A stretch of 64,000 nt of DNA from Haliotis cracherodii (taxonomy: Eukaryota): NCBI RefSeq assembly GCF_022045235.1, contig NW_027266271.1, positions 31,310,001-31,374,000 of the forward strand, given 5' to 3'. Positions 28,301-43,300 of the stretch are shown here, one piece after another. The position numbers and the translations under genes were made by a program. Position 1 is the first letter of the stretch. Each line of letters opens with the position of its first letter. The notes below the pieces were generated by a model. That model searched no databases. It worked only from the letters and a program-made list of their open reading frames with translations, and was not told where the DNA came from.

Positions 28301-31300
28301 CATTAATAACGTAAAACGTCAACGCCAAAGAATAACCAAACTGATTGCAGTGGGCAGAAAAGGCAGAAGAGCGGTGAAAATGACATGAACGGATCAGGTA
28401 CTTGTTTGTTTCTTGGGACGGCGGCTTGAAAACAAATCAGACAATAAATTTAGTTTACATAACTCATTGTACTACATTTTGGAGTCTTTGTAAATATTTT
28501 ACAGTGGCTATTTCATACACTGGTACTCTCTGCGCATTTGCAAAACCAGATCAGTGGTAGGGTCATGAACCTTTGTTTGGTTCGATGACAACATATTTCT
28601 TCGAACTAAAATTGCAACAAATATTTATATTTGGAGAATTGTTTCTTGAAATATAAGTCCTCAAATTAATCAAGGTTTATTGAGGTACACAAGGCGTCGT
28701 AATCTTTATGGAAATATACAATGATATTCAATATAAAATTAAGCTGTAATGGTTCTTTGGATTATTCAATTTAATACTTTATTCATAAGTTTGTTTGAGC
28801 TGGACAACTTCCAAATAATATCCAACCTTTTCCACAGAAAAGAAAAGGGCGGGAAGTTTTGCATGAATTGAATGAAACACCATATGAATATATCATTTGT
28901 AGATATATTGTCAAATAAGATGGCGGGTATCAGTTAGGAAGATAAGTAAAATATAATTGTACCGATACATCGCCTTGGCAATCCAAATTTAGTTGGTCAG
29001 AGAGGCTTTACATTAGATAATGTGTGATGTTATATTAAAATCAGACCGGATATTCCCTGTATTCAACATACCATATATTTCCACTTCACAGATGTTGAGC
29101 GTGTCATCCCCGTTAGCCGCCCTCCCCGGGTTCCTGATGGTGAGGTATCTGCCTCTGCCGTCACACAACAGGTCGATGACTGAGTTGTAGACAGTGGCAG
29201 GGAAGGTGTGGCACAGTGTCCCGTCAGAGGAGGTGTCATTACTCAGGTGTATGGTGCAGTTAGCTATCCTGCGTAAAACTGAAAGTTAAATCGTCATGAT
29301 ACACTCATATTAAATTTACAGGAGAGAAAATTATGATAACAAATGTGGAGAATATGCCTTAATCTGGCACGGATTTTCCAGTTACTACTGAAGTATTGCT
29401 GCCTCCTTAGGATAACACAAAATAGCATGTATATCAAGTCAAACAAAAATAAATAACCATTTATAGCAAACATACCTTACATAAAATTCTTAACATTTAC
29501 CCAAATCAATATATACAGGAGCAAAATGATAAGTTCAGTCTTGTTTATTGACCAAGTACAAGTAACGAGGAACAATAACGAATCCAATTATAGATTTGAC
29601 GACACTCGTTACGTGTGCATAAGAACAGCACAGGTGACCAGAGCATGTCACGCGGGGATTGTCTCAACATTCCTATGAAACACAATGACACGTTTTCTGA
29701 ATCAGACTGTGAACAGTCTGATAGATTCACAATTACTTGATCGATTTTACTCCTCTGATTGGCGATACTGTTCCGTAAATCGCAAATACATGTCTTTCAC
29801 CAATTTTCCATCCACGATTGTCAAATTAAGCTTGTACCAACAATTTAGCTTCTGATATTTTAAATGAGGCATTTTTTCCAGCAACACTTTTTTTACAATT
29901 CGCACAGATCGGCTCTCTTATACTCTATTATACTGATTCGCAATATTCCACTGAAGTACAGGGTGCCCGTGATCAGCCGCCATCTTGTCTGTCTGAAAAA
30001 CAGGTGGCGTTCGTAATATCTTTTCATATAAAACTGTTTTTGTATGCTTCGATGGAATCACGCTACCTCGCACGTCAAGCCAGTTTTGCATTTCAGTTTT
30101 GAATACTGTCGCATTCCTGTCGACGATTGTCGTCATTTTCCCTAAGGTAAGAACAAGTACTGCTATGGTTAATGATGTTTTTGTCTCATTAATTGTGCCC
30201 TGTATTTCATTTCGTATTTCTTCCACTGTTAGTAGTACCGTCCTTACTTATAGTTTGTGTACAGCTCTGCGAATAGCTGACTTATCAGTAAACTCACGTT
30301 TCTTCCTCTTCCTCTGTCTTTAGTACTGATGAGATAGGCCCTAAATCTACAGCACCGGGTACTGTTATATAAAGCAATCGTATGTTGATCGTAACTCCAT
30401 ACCTTAGAAGTACGGTCTTGACTGCTGATATCTCATATAGGAGTGTCAAATAGCACATTTGGTTGATTATGGATGTTCCTTTTTCTTTGTTTTGTGCATT
30501 TCTGTTCCTTTGTGCTGCAGTGTATTCAAAACCTTAAAAAATATATTTTGCTTTTGTTGATTTATACAGTCAGTTTAAGAGGCATTTTCCTCGGCAATGG
30601 CTGACAACAGATAGGGCTGTGAGGATGGGTTCAAAGTGGTGGCTTCAGGAATGATGCGAATCGGTCGTATTCCATATGTTACATCAAAAAATAATGTCTA
30701 GCAATGTCATCATCCCAAGGCAAGGGAGTTAACTGACTGTAAAAGTCCAGTTTCCACCCTTGCCGAACTAGACTGGAATTTAGAGGCTCGATCGTAGCAC
30801 GACCTATGGCTAATATGAGTTATGGCCCTTATTTGTCACTCCCACTGACCAATTCCACCTCTCATGTTGCTTGCATTTGCTTCAAACAAAAAGGCGGCCC
30901 CCCTGTCTAAACGATCAAATCTTAAGTGCATCAAATCGCTTGAGCACCTCGATTAAAATAATGAAAAGATCTGGAAAATATCTGTTGACGCCACGTTGAT
31001 GGTGCACATGTTTTGCAAATCCTGCAATCGACCGAAATCTGCACGGCAGTCGTCGTGTTGTTTAAGAACCGGATGCTAACTTCGTTCGTGACTTGGATTG
31101 TACTGTGCAGACTGAGCTTCACCACATATATTACATTTAAAAAAAAATTTCATTGCACTCATTATATTTGTGCTTACCCCACACTCAGCACAAACATGAT
31201 GAGTGCTCCGCCACTTATAAGAGACCTGCCCAACGGACTGACATTTGAAACAGCACAGAGCAGGAGAAGTTTACATCCGGATTGTAAATCTTTGGAAAAT

Positions 31301-34300
31301 AATAAAAACATGATCTGGTAAAGACTGACCAGCAAATGTGCGCAGAACAGATTAGTCCATGAGTCAGACGCACATGGACTAATCTGTTGCTTTACAATAA
31401 AAAGGACAAAACCCTTTCCATATTCATAAGTCGATGTGTCTTTGAGTCACTCTCACATAGTGATGATACAAGGTGTTTGCGAAAAGGCAAGCGGATGCTG
31501 CCCCACCAATGGCACTCACTACAAACACAAACAATGGAAAATCGATTATTCACCTTATAAAATGGGAACACACGGCAAAAACCAAAACAGAGATATGGAT
31601 CGAACATCAGTTTTGTTTCTGATGCATCGAATTTGGAAATGTCCTCCACGTGTCTACCGTAAAACCTTTGAAAATCTTTACTGAGACCTTGAATTTTGTA
31701 ACCTTGATAAAACAACTTCTGAGCAAGAGTTGTATGACCCTTGGAAATCTTGGTAGAAAGAGTATGCCCGATTGTATCTCAGAAGATGTAAAATGTAAAC
31801 TCCAAAGCTAGGAGCTGCTGCAATATTGCTCGACATGAAGGGAAGTTGACTGTTGGAAAGTTGAAGTCATCCCTCTTGTCAAACAGTTTTGTGGAGAGTG
31901 TTTTGTCACTCAGAATGTTTATGCATAGATCTGAATACGAAACGGATGAGGCGGTCTCACTGGTCTCCTTCATTTCTAGTTAGCAGGTACATCAGTGGAA
32001 GGGAATTTCGCCATCTGATGGTTAATGAATGATGTCAGATCACCGATATACAGTGATTCTGTCAGCACTTACAAGCAATTCAGTAAGGGTCTTCCTCAGC
32101 GACGCAGGATTTAATTACCAATATACTCGTCCTTTTTAATGAATGAATTTTCACGGATACCTGCTTATGTTGGACTGCGTGGAAATAAGAAAGCTGATAA
32201 ATTGGTAAAAGCTGATGTTAAAAGAATAACTTAATATCGTTTTCTCCTGCAGACTTAAGCACCGTCAGTAATATTCATGCTAAACAAAATGGCAACCGAG
32301 ATGGGCATCATCCTTAAAAGGATGCCATATCTTTGGCATTTAGCCTTTCATTAATAAATTACATATATCTCTAAATGATTGGAGTGAAGACTTTCTCTTG
32401 ATCAGACTTTGTCTTAAGCAACTGGGCTTGGTGTGTATGTCAATAATCTTATAAATAACATTTCTGCAAATTGTTCACTTCATAACCTACTTGACAATAT
32501 GGTTAATTAGTTACTCAAAATTATAGATTTATACGAAGATCAACATAAGTTAATTATGGAGGCTCTTAGTGTTCTCAATATTGACCCCATATTTGCGGAA
32601 CTGTTATGTTGTAGGAATAGAGTTCGCCATGAAGTTCAGAATCTAATTCTCGTAGCCCGAACACCAAAAAAACTTTCAAAGATTAATCAATCCCCTAAAG
32701 TCCAAAAGCATTAGGTATAACCTGGATAAAAATAGTAGAAAGCTGAATTTTTCTGGAGACCACATAAAGTCATACTGATGCCCCTAGAACAAGGTTTCCA
32801 AGATGGCCACCATTATTTGTTAAAAGGATGGGAAATTTTGTAGTTTTACATTCATGATATCATGCAATATATCAAATCAAAGCTCTTTTTATATGTTTCC
32901 AAACAAAACTTTTTAATTTTTTATAAGCATTTGAAAAATTATTTAAAGTTTTGTGTGTGAAATACCCAGTAATAATAAGGTTGGGTAATGATAAAACCGA
33001 TCTATGAAAGAAAAAAAGGTATTTCAGGATTTGCAATACTGACAATGCAAACGGGTAAACAGTAGAACACATCCCTTGTTTCAATACATCTTGTAGGGCC
33101 GGAGGGATATTATGTCCCTTGGAATTATGTCCAGTGTCAGTATATTGTTCATGAGCTGCTGCAAAGTAGGTAACAGCATGTGTACAGTGTGAAACACTAT
33201 TATGAAATAATTAGTAGAATCAGCACGTCATTGAAGTGAAACAGAAGTTTAACCATAAACATCATTGTGTATCTCTATGACAGGGGCATTTTTACAATTG
33301 TAATCACTACATCCTGTGCATAGGAAAGTGCACTCCATTCGCTTTGTCGCTACATCACTTAAGCATCTCTTCCTTGCAGGCACACAATGTCATCTTCAGG
33401 ACTTTCAGAGGAGCAACAGATCAGTCAGTTCCATTGGAAACAAGCTGGGAACAAGCTGTCCCTCTCTGTGGTGCCACGCCCACTCTGTGGGTGAGAGTTC
33501 ACTTCCGTGCCATTGTTGTACAGCATGGTATGCTCTATGACTATGGAATTTGGCAGCTACTGATGTTGGAGAGGGGGATTCTTGATAGACTTGAATCTTG
33601 CTGTGGCGTTGTTTTTAATACTTTTTTCTGGAACTTTAGCGAATTGACCCGAGGAAGCACTTTGGGTAGACCGCAGGAAGGAGTTTGGAGTTTGCTAGGG
33701 GCATGATTATCTGAAGGTCTCAAAAACCAATTCAGCTTTTTATTATTTTCTCCCAGGTAGTTGTTATTTTTTGGTCTAATTATTTTGGCCTAATAGCTGA
33801 ACATAGACTTACGACAGTCGTAGCACAAATATGTACAACAGCACCCCTGTTCCGTATGTTGACAATATTATACACAGTAGCCTAATCAATTTCTAAAGCC
33901 TTTTCTGTTCTCTCAGATACTAGATCAAAACCGATAAGCGGTTTCAGCCCCTCTATTCCAAATCCAAGTTATTTAAGAGATGGACAAGATTTTTCGATCT
34001 GAATGGAACACGTCTGATCATACCCATCTTGTCAATTTCACAACGTTGTATACGTCATCAAGTTTGAAATACGCTGCTATTATGATACACATATACACAC
34101 GTTTTACAGAGCATGATGATAAAGAATATATGTAATTTTTAATTATTCTTTATCAAAGAGATGTAACAATAATGATATTTGCTGCTTTTGTTATGTTTAC
34201 ACACTAGATGTGAGGTGATATTAGATTTAACGTCGCGTCCAAGATTATTGTACTTATATAGCTACGTGCATGCACATTTGTGTGTGTGGCTGCTTGTACC

Positions 34301-37300
34301 AGTCCGGGCAAATGCAGATTTAATAGTGCTAACCCACTGAGATACAATGTCGCTCCTTGACGTGAATACCCCACTCAAATACGGTATACTGACCCCGAGC
34401 CGACCGGTCCTAGTGTTAGACCCTTAAAGCCCAGCGCCAGACAGGGTAACAAGTACCTTTTTCATGTCTTTAGGTATGACGTGGCCGGGGATCTCCGGGT
34501 GGACGCTCTACCACTAGACGTTTACAGACCATACCCTGTAGTCGGTCTCAGTTACTGATGTAAAGGTCACTGACTTCGACAAATCATCACCAAAGCAGGT
34601 ATTTACCGGAAAGCACTGCCACATTTTACAACTGATAGCTTTTTTTTAGAGATAGGTAGTTGAAGTGCCTTGACCGTTTAATTTCTGAACGGAGCAATAT
34701 CGCAATTTGCATTGGGGAAAACGATTTTATTACGTTTCCGGTAATACTTTAGTATTCATTTACGAAGTGATTGTATACATTTATCGTTCTGTTCATCAAG
34801 TTAATACTCTAAAAAGCTAACAGTCAAGTCAAGTCAAAGGCGTTTATTGTATCAAAGGCCATCGGCCCATATACAAGTTCAGATAAATACAGTGGGTGAG
34901 AATTTACGGATTGGGAGATACAACAAAAATTATAAAAATATAACATTCATTTAACAATCGGTGATAATCATGAGGACTTTCTAGGGTAAGGTAATTAAAA
35001 TTCTGAATTTCCGCTCAATATGTAATTTCGTAGCTCCATCCCATGTTTTACAAATAAAGACAGTTTAAACATTACATTGGCATCATTCGATGACAAAATA
35101 AAAACAAACGCTATTCTACTCGTCTTATATAAGAAATATTCTGGTATATATTTAGTACGTAATTCTGCATAATAAGGACATTCAAAGGTAAAATGTATTT
35201 CCTCTTCTATAGCAGAGTTACAGAATGGACAAATTCTTTATATTCTTTCAAGTGATATATTCCGTCCATAATTAATCTTAAGTTTTGACAAGCCAAGTCT
35301 GTATTTAATATATACATTTCTTAGGTGACTATTTGTTAAAACTGATAGATATTTTTCTGGTTCTAGTAAAGTCTTATGTGTTCCGTACAAATCATAACGT
35401 GAACTGTTTTCCAAGTTGCATTGCCACCCTTGATAGAACATATTTATTGCTATTTTACGAAAATCATTTAGAAATAAATGTTGATCACCAACAGATTGGT
35501 TAAGCCATATATACCCATACCCATATGAGAATAATAGTGTCCTAATATGCGATACCTATGTAACCTTACCGATACTATCTAAATGAAAGAGCATGTTATA
35601 AGCATTTTTTCGGAAGCCGAAGTGCTGGCATACGGATGATATTAAACCAATATTTTAAACACTTTATTTGCGAATTAATGTAAAGTGGGTATCTTCCACA
35701 TTCTCCATATATCATATTATTTGGTGTTGCTATTCCTACGCGAAGAATTTTTTCTAAACATTCATGTCTTCGGTAATTGCAGAATTGCAGCCTATCCTCA
35801 TAAATGTGCTGTCATACTATAACATAAAAACATGAATAATCAAAATGCGCCATATCCACAACTGACAGTGGCCAGGTAAGTGTAAAACGTCGACACCAGT
35901 CTCCATTATCCGCCGAAACAGATTCGCCGTGCAAATTATTTGGAAATCAGTGATGACACCAGGTGTGCGCGATAAGGGGAACTCGGGATTACGCCTCAGT
36001 AGGTCAATAAACTGCCAGGCGAGACGCCTCTTTCAAATTTGATAAACAACATGAGAGCAATGAAATAGGTACCCACCCTTGTTGACATTGGTGTTAACGT
36101 GGACGCGGACTTCGGAGGAAGTCCATGACTAATTATACTGAGTCAAACTAAAAACTTCACATTTTTAGAAGTAATCCCATACATGATATACAACGGACAA
36201 ATGTATCAGAGAAGGTAATTATTAATCATTAATGTCCAAAGAAGGATTTTAATTAACGGTGGTAACCATAATTTGTTCCAAGGACCTACGGTATTCGGTA
36301 ATAACATCAACAGTTTAAATCATAAGTCCCAAGCACGAGAATCTGATGGCACACAAGTTCAGTAGCGTGTATAGCCACACTGTGCGTTGACAACTGCCAT
36401 ACAACGCCTCCGCATGGACCTTGTGATGCTTGTGGACACATGATTGGGAGGACGACGCCATTTTTGCTGCAAAATGGTGCCAAGATCCTGCAAATTCTGT
36501 GGTTGGTTCTGGAGAGTGCGCAGACTTCTGCCAAGAGCATCCCAGACGTGTTCGATGGGATTGAGGTCGGGAGACCTTGACGGCCAGTCCATGATGTTGA
36601 CTCCCGCATTCTGAAGGAAATTCCTTGTCAAAATTGCTGTGTGGGGTCTGGCATTGTCGTGTTGGAAGATCAAACCGGGTCCATGTGCTGCCATAAAAGG
36701 CAGAAGTGCTGGTGCCAGTACTTGGTCGCGGTAAGCAGCAGCGTTGAGGTTGCCATGGATGACAAGAAGCCTGGAACGTGCATTGACACAGAAAGCACCC
36801 CACACCATGACACTTCCGCCTCGAAATCTGTCAACTTCCTGTACACAACACTGGGCGTAACGTTTATGACGGCGCCTCCCAACCCTCGCCCTACCATCAG
36901 CAAATCGAAGATTCAATCGGCATTCATCACTGAAGACGACTTGATTCCAATTCTTCTTAGTCCATCGTAAGTGTCGCTGTGGCCACAATTGACGTTGACG
37001 TCTGTGTAATTGAGTCAGAATCGGCTCGCAGAATGGCCGTCGTGCTTGAAGGTGAGCAGTTCTCAGACGGTTTCGAACAGTATTCGCACTCAGTCTACCC
37101 CTAAACAGTTCATTTCTGGTTGATGTAGCCTTCAAAAATCGGTTACGGAGGTGACGTAAGACAATCTGACGATCCTCTGCATGTGACGTGGTCAACCTGG
37201 CCGAGGGCGATCAGCGGTGGTACCCGTTTGCTGTAAACAGTCGGGTCGACTACAACCCATCGTCCTTGCGACTTCAGCTACGGACGTTCCCGTCTGCAAC

Positions 37301-40300
37301 ATGCCGATGGCACGTTCACGTTGCACGTTTGAAAGGCGTGGCATGACAAATGGCCGTAAAGACTTTTGTTTTCTTGTGTTTTTCTTTTTTTGTTAATGAC
37401 TGCTAATAAGTATGGCTGAAAGCACGTGCGGTATTAGGCCACGTGACCAGTTGCACGTGAAAAACCACTTTTGCCACTATAGTGCTGTGCACATGATTTT
37501 CATCGATTCACCTGCACAAAAACGGGTGTTATCTGAAGCCAATACGTGGCCATTACTGTTTAAATACACAATAAGGGCCCACAATGATAACTGGTCAAAA
37601 TGTTAAAATTGTGAAGTTTTTAATTTTGTTCAGTATATTTTGTGTTTGTGATGTTGTTCCCTGTACATACGTCCTGCATCTAAAATAACAGTTGTAGCTT
37701 TTGTACATGTGATATATTTGTTAACAGAACAGAATGCACGCAAGTGAATGTTATCACTCCAGCGTGTGATTCTAAGTAAACATCAGGGCTGTAATCGTAT
37801 CGCGTCAGTTCTCTGTATAAACACGCTTCAAGTAGCTGCTCATGAACAGCACAGACAGTATTACCAACACACCATAAGGTAACAACTATTTGCTATTCAT
37901 CAGTTAACAATAAATAAATGCGCATTCCCTAGTATCTAGGCAATATCATATTCGGGACGTTCACGCAAACACGTAGATATGACAATTACTAAAATGCTAT
38001 GCTTATTTCATGGAAATTGACTACAACTGAAATGTTACACCTTATTCGAGGAGGGTTTAACATTTGTCATGAACAACATAGCGTTTATTTACTGACTGTA
38101 TGATTCCATCGATTCCAATATAACGTTTATCTCATTTCTTATTGAGAATTGTACAAACTAGCTAACTTTAAATGAATTAACAAACATATTTTCTGAACTT
38201 AAATTCTCACCAAACAAAACATATACAGTTTTATAGTGAATATGGGGCGGTGGTAAAAGAGATCGCACTTCACGCCGAAGACCCGGGTTCGATCCCCCAC
38301 ATTGGCAAAATGTGTTAAGCCCTTTTCTGGTGTCCCCCACCGTGATATTGCTGGAGTATTGCTAAAACCATACTCACTCATTATAGTGAATACACTGCAA
38401 GGTAAAGTGTCAGCCATATTCTTAACCATTTATCATTATACACTCTGTTACACAGAGAAACTAGTTGAATTCACACAATGCTGTGTGACTGTAGCCCCGG
38501 CCAACTGACACACGCCGTCATGTCATACCAAAAGTTCGAGCCCCATTGCGGCATATGTTTCATTACAGGTCATGACGAGGGACAGATAACATCCAGTACG
38601 AAGCTCGAAATTGTGCATTTGAGGTTTTGTTAAAAATTCATAAATGTTCATGCACGAGATGGAGTTTTGACCCAGCTATGTCTCTTCGTGGAGGATGTTT
38701 TAGTATTGGTCTGACGCATCAACGTTTTAGAGCACAATTTGTTAATTAAACAGTTCCAAGAAGTAATAAAAACATGTGACGTCAATGAATAAAAGAATAT
38801 TATAAAGATATCACTTTGACTAAGACTATAGACACGGATCTTTTTTATGTATTTCACAGATACAAATCTAACATAAACATGCAACGTACGTTGATCCCTG
38901 TGGTAGACTGTAACATGACGTATCCTGTACTGCCGTCCCAGGTCCACCTTCCACATACTCGGGGAGTTGGCAGCAGAGTGGAAGCAGGAGCCGCCATTCA
39001 CGTCCTGGTTCCTGTTGCCGTCCACAGCCTTGTCTGAAGTCCAGTTATTAAGTGTTCCAGATGTAGAGGTGGCTGTCTTGTTGAAGGCCACGTTCTCTGC
39101 AAGTACGACATATCGATAATCATTACTCAAACTCAATCGCCCACGTGAAGTGCTGGTAGATTATGTAAGGTCCAATCAACATTTATTGTATTCCTTTTTT
39201 CATAGAATGTTTCAAGAAAATATTTGTGAAACTGAAACATATATAAAATGCAATAGCGAATACTTGTCATACTTGTTTTAAATACTATACTCAACAACAA
39301 AAGTTCTTGTGACACCAATATTTTAGTGTATTTTTAAAACAAGTAAAGTTTGGTTTTCAATACTGTAGTACATGTATAGAATCAAATCACAAAAACGCAA
39401 CTGCTACAGAAAAGCATGCATTCCATGCAAAAGTTGACTTTTATGCAAGCCTCATGCATTTCACTACCCAAGAATGGGTATAAACACATGTTCGTTAACG
39501 GGATTCCATATGCATTGTTTAGCATCGTGCTGACAACCACTTAGAAAAACAACAAAACTACGCAATTATTCAACATTACGAAATGCCACGCCTGTCCGAA
39601 AATGAGCGTCTGCGAGCCATTGGTATGCTTGAAGCAGGATCGAGTCAACGTGATGTTGCAAGACAATTTAACGTCCACAGAAACACCATTTGGTGTTTAT
39701 GGCAACGTTGGCAACAGACGAATGTAGTCAGAGACCATCTTCTGAGTGGCAGGCCACGAGTAACCAATAATCGACAAGACAACTGGATTCCAACAACACA
39801 CCTACGAAATCGATTCCAGCCAGCAACAGTGACTACAAAAAGCATCCCTGGCCTTCGACGAATATCTTCACAAACCGTACGTTGCCGCCTCAGATGTGCA
39901 TGGATTGTCGCAAGAAGACCCGCCAGACGTCCCATTTTTACAGGAAACCACCGTCAAGCACGTCTACAGTGGTGCAGACACTGTCTATGCTGGACGATCA
40001 TGCAGTGGGGACAAGTTCTATTCACTAACGAGTCTCGTTTTCACCTCAGCCACAGCGATGGACGGATTCCAGTGTACCGACGCCGAGGTGAACGTTACGT
40101 CAATCATTGTGTCATGGAAGAAGATCGGTTCGGGGGCGGCAGCGTTATGGTATGGGGTGGGATTACAGCAAGACAGAGGACCCGTTTGATAGTGGTAGAG
40201 GAAAATCTCAATGGACAGATCATCGGCCCTGTTGTTCTACCGTTTTTGCGTCGTCATGGCCCAGGCATTGCCTTTCAACATGACAACGCCCGGCCTCATA

Positions 40301-43300
40301 TTGCTCGACTTGTTCAGGATTCTCTACAACAAAACAAGGTGAATGTCATCCCCGGGCCGGCTCGCTCCCCTCGATATCTCACCAGTATTGTGTTATCGCT
40401 GTTTCGGTGAAACTTAATATGATAGCAAACCTACTTGTGAACAGGGGCGGTCAGGGGTTGCCTAGTGGGTAAGCGTTTGTTCGTCACGCCGAAGATCCGT
40501 GTTCGATTCCCCTGATGTCTACTACGTGTGAAGCCCCATGATATTGCTCGATTATTTCTAAAAGAAGCGTAAAGCCATACACGCTCACTCACTGCTTGTG
40601 AATAGTTATCATTCCATTATAAAGGTTGATTTACTTAACATAGACTCCAACGTGTCATTAACACTTTGTACAAGTGTGAGGAAATAATGTCGGGAGTCCC
40701 AAATGATCTTTGTTGAAATTGTCCTCTTAAACGAATTAAGCAGTTATCGCACGGTCTAACCTACCATGGATTGATATTCTATAATTCTGAAGTGTCCTAA
40801 GACCTGATGTAAAAATTATCAATGTTTAAACGCTGGCTACGTGATTTCACCATTTTCAATTAAAACGTAAGAGATTTTTATGAGGATAAAAACTCCCCAG
40901 TAAACAATTGAGTTTATGTCAGTTACCACACATTTGGTTATGTGTACACTGGGGAGCAAAAGAAACAATACCACGATATATACAAAGGTATTGACAAAAA
41001 ATAGTCAAGACTATTTTTCCAAATGCAGTGTTTGAAATGAGGTAATAGCTAAAACAGACAGCAGCGATACAGAGCTAATAGTTGAAATGGTAGCGAAAAT
41101 ATTGGACCCAAGGGGACAACAAGGACATAGAGGTATGTTGTCAGTTTGCAGTAAATGTAAACACCACCCGGTTCAAATTACAGTCACTCTGAACGGGATG
41201 AATTTTAATAATCAGTTATTTTGCGTATGTAAAGACAGAACGCCAGAACACAACGTCTTGCAGAGAGCATTAGACGTCGTATTACGCCATTCGTATTCGG
41301 TGCTACTCTAACCTGAACGCCTGTATCATGTCACGTATGTTTGCCAGAGGTTTAGGTGTTCAATTGGCGAGATGGCAATATGGCAAGCCGGCCAAAGCTG
41401 CACGTTGGAGGATGATACGCGCTTTATGTGGTCATGCGTTGGATTCTATTGGTGAAGGTAGGTAGAAGTTGTCGTAAAACCTCGTGCGATTAGGGTTCAA
41501 CGCACGAAGAACGAGTATGGAAGGTTGGTAGTTGAAACCCGGCCGTGTTATACTGGTTGTATAACTCGGCATTGAAACGATTAAACCAGGACTGGTCGGT
41601 TCGGAGTCAGTATTCTGTGTCTGAGCTGGGTATTCGTGTTAACTTGTATCTCAATGGACTAGCACTATCAAACCGGCATTAACGTGAAATCATATAAAAC
41701 GAGACGTCAAACACCATTTTATCGCACCTTTTCCTGACGACATATCATCATTACTGGCGATTGTTGAATGAGTGTATCCAAAGTGTCGTGTGACGGTGTC
41801 ATGTGTGACTCCCAACTGCAACATGCCAGGGAACCCTTATCTCTGTCCTGCCAGTAAGCGTGGCATGTTACTGTTGATTATTGGAGTCCTTGGCGCCTTT
41901 TTATACTTATATGCGTCCTGTAATCATGCTGCACGTACATTTCCTCCAATTTAAGCTCATCCAGTCAATTTACAGTGAACAAAGGCAGGGAATTCAGATG
42001 CATTTGTGTCTGGACCATTTCTTCGATTGGGTTTACATGGTTTGGAAACACTGTATCGTGTTCGTATCCAAATTCTAAAAAAGGATTGTGGCGTAGCAGA
42101 AGAACGTAAAACATGACAAAGTTTAATATTTGTTCTACTTCTCACTATATCATCTCCAAGTTTAAGAAGCAATACACATTACTGCAATACACATATTGAT
42201 ACTGTGTTTTACGTTGGCCGAGAATTAACTACGTCCCTCTCACCTATCCACCTATTATTTGAGTCAACACACCCACCAACTAAAGAAATGAACATCCCCA
42301 TATCCGTCCATGTCATAAATAAAATGATTATTAATTTACAGTTTCGATCATATCTTTACAGGAAACTAGGTCCGAGAATGGACTGGCAAGAGCCTTGTGG
42401 TTTCATGAGCTTTTCGAGAAGACTTTGAGTTGTCATATAATTTTGCACCACCATTTATGAATTCATAATCAACAAATAGAAAATACTTTGAATGGTGTGG
42501 TCTAACGTATCTTCTCCGGAGACATAGAAAATACTACACTCATTCTCGTTAGATACCATCTCTACGAAACGAGTGGACTTTCTATGCTATCTGACCGAGC
42601 GAAAGTCAGGTCAGATACCATAGAAAGTTCACGAGTTTCGTAAAAATGGTATCTAACGAGAATGAGTGTGGTATTTATTTATTACCCACCATAAATATGT
42701 ATGTAAGTGTAAATACATAACAACTTTTTTTCGTTAACAGACCAAACTGAAACCGGTTGCGAAATCTGGTTGTGCGTGAACATTGATATATGCCCAAATA
42801 TGGGCATTGTTGACATTCCTATGCATACGCATTACCAACATGCGCCTGCAGTTGTGCTTGCAAACATAACAGCACCGACGCTTAAGATCCTTTTGGAAGA
42901 ATTTCTTCAACTTATGAGAATTCCAGCGCTATGTTGTTAGTACGCATGACACCAATAAGAACATTTGAAAAGTCACATAAGCGCCGCGCTTTGAATATCG
43001 GACCAACAGTCGGTCACTCGCCCTGCCGGGGCCCCGTCTGTGCATTCAAAATGGTTCGGTTTCTTTGATCTATCAGCTGAATCTATATCATGTCCGTACC
43101 ATTTTGGAAGAGGGAAATCAGAGTGTTCGCCAAAGTTTGTTTGTTTGTTTGTTGTTTAACGCCGCACTCACCAATATTCCAGCTATATGACGGCGGTCTG
43201 TAAATAATCGAGTCTGGACCAGACAATCCAGTGATTGACATCACGGGCATCGATCCACCCAATTGGGATCGATGACATGCATCAACCAAGTCAGCGAGCC

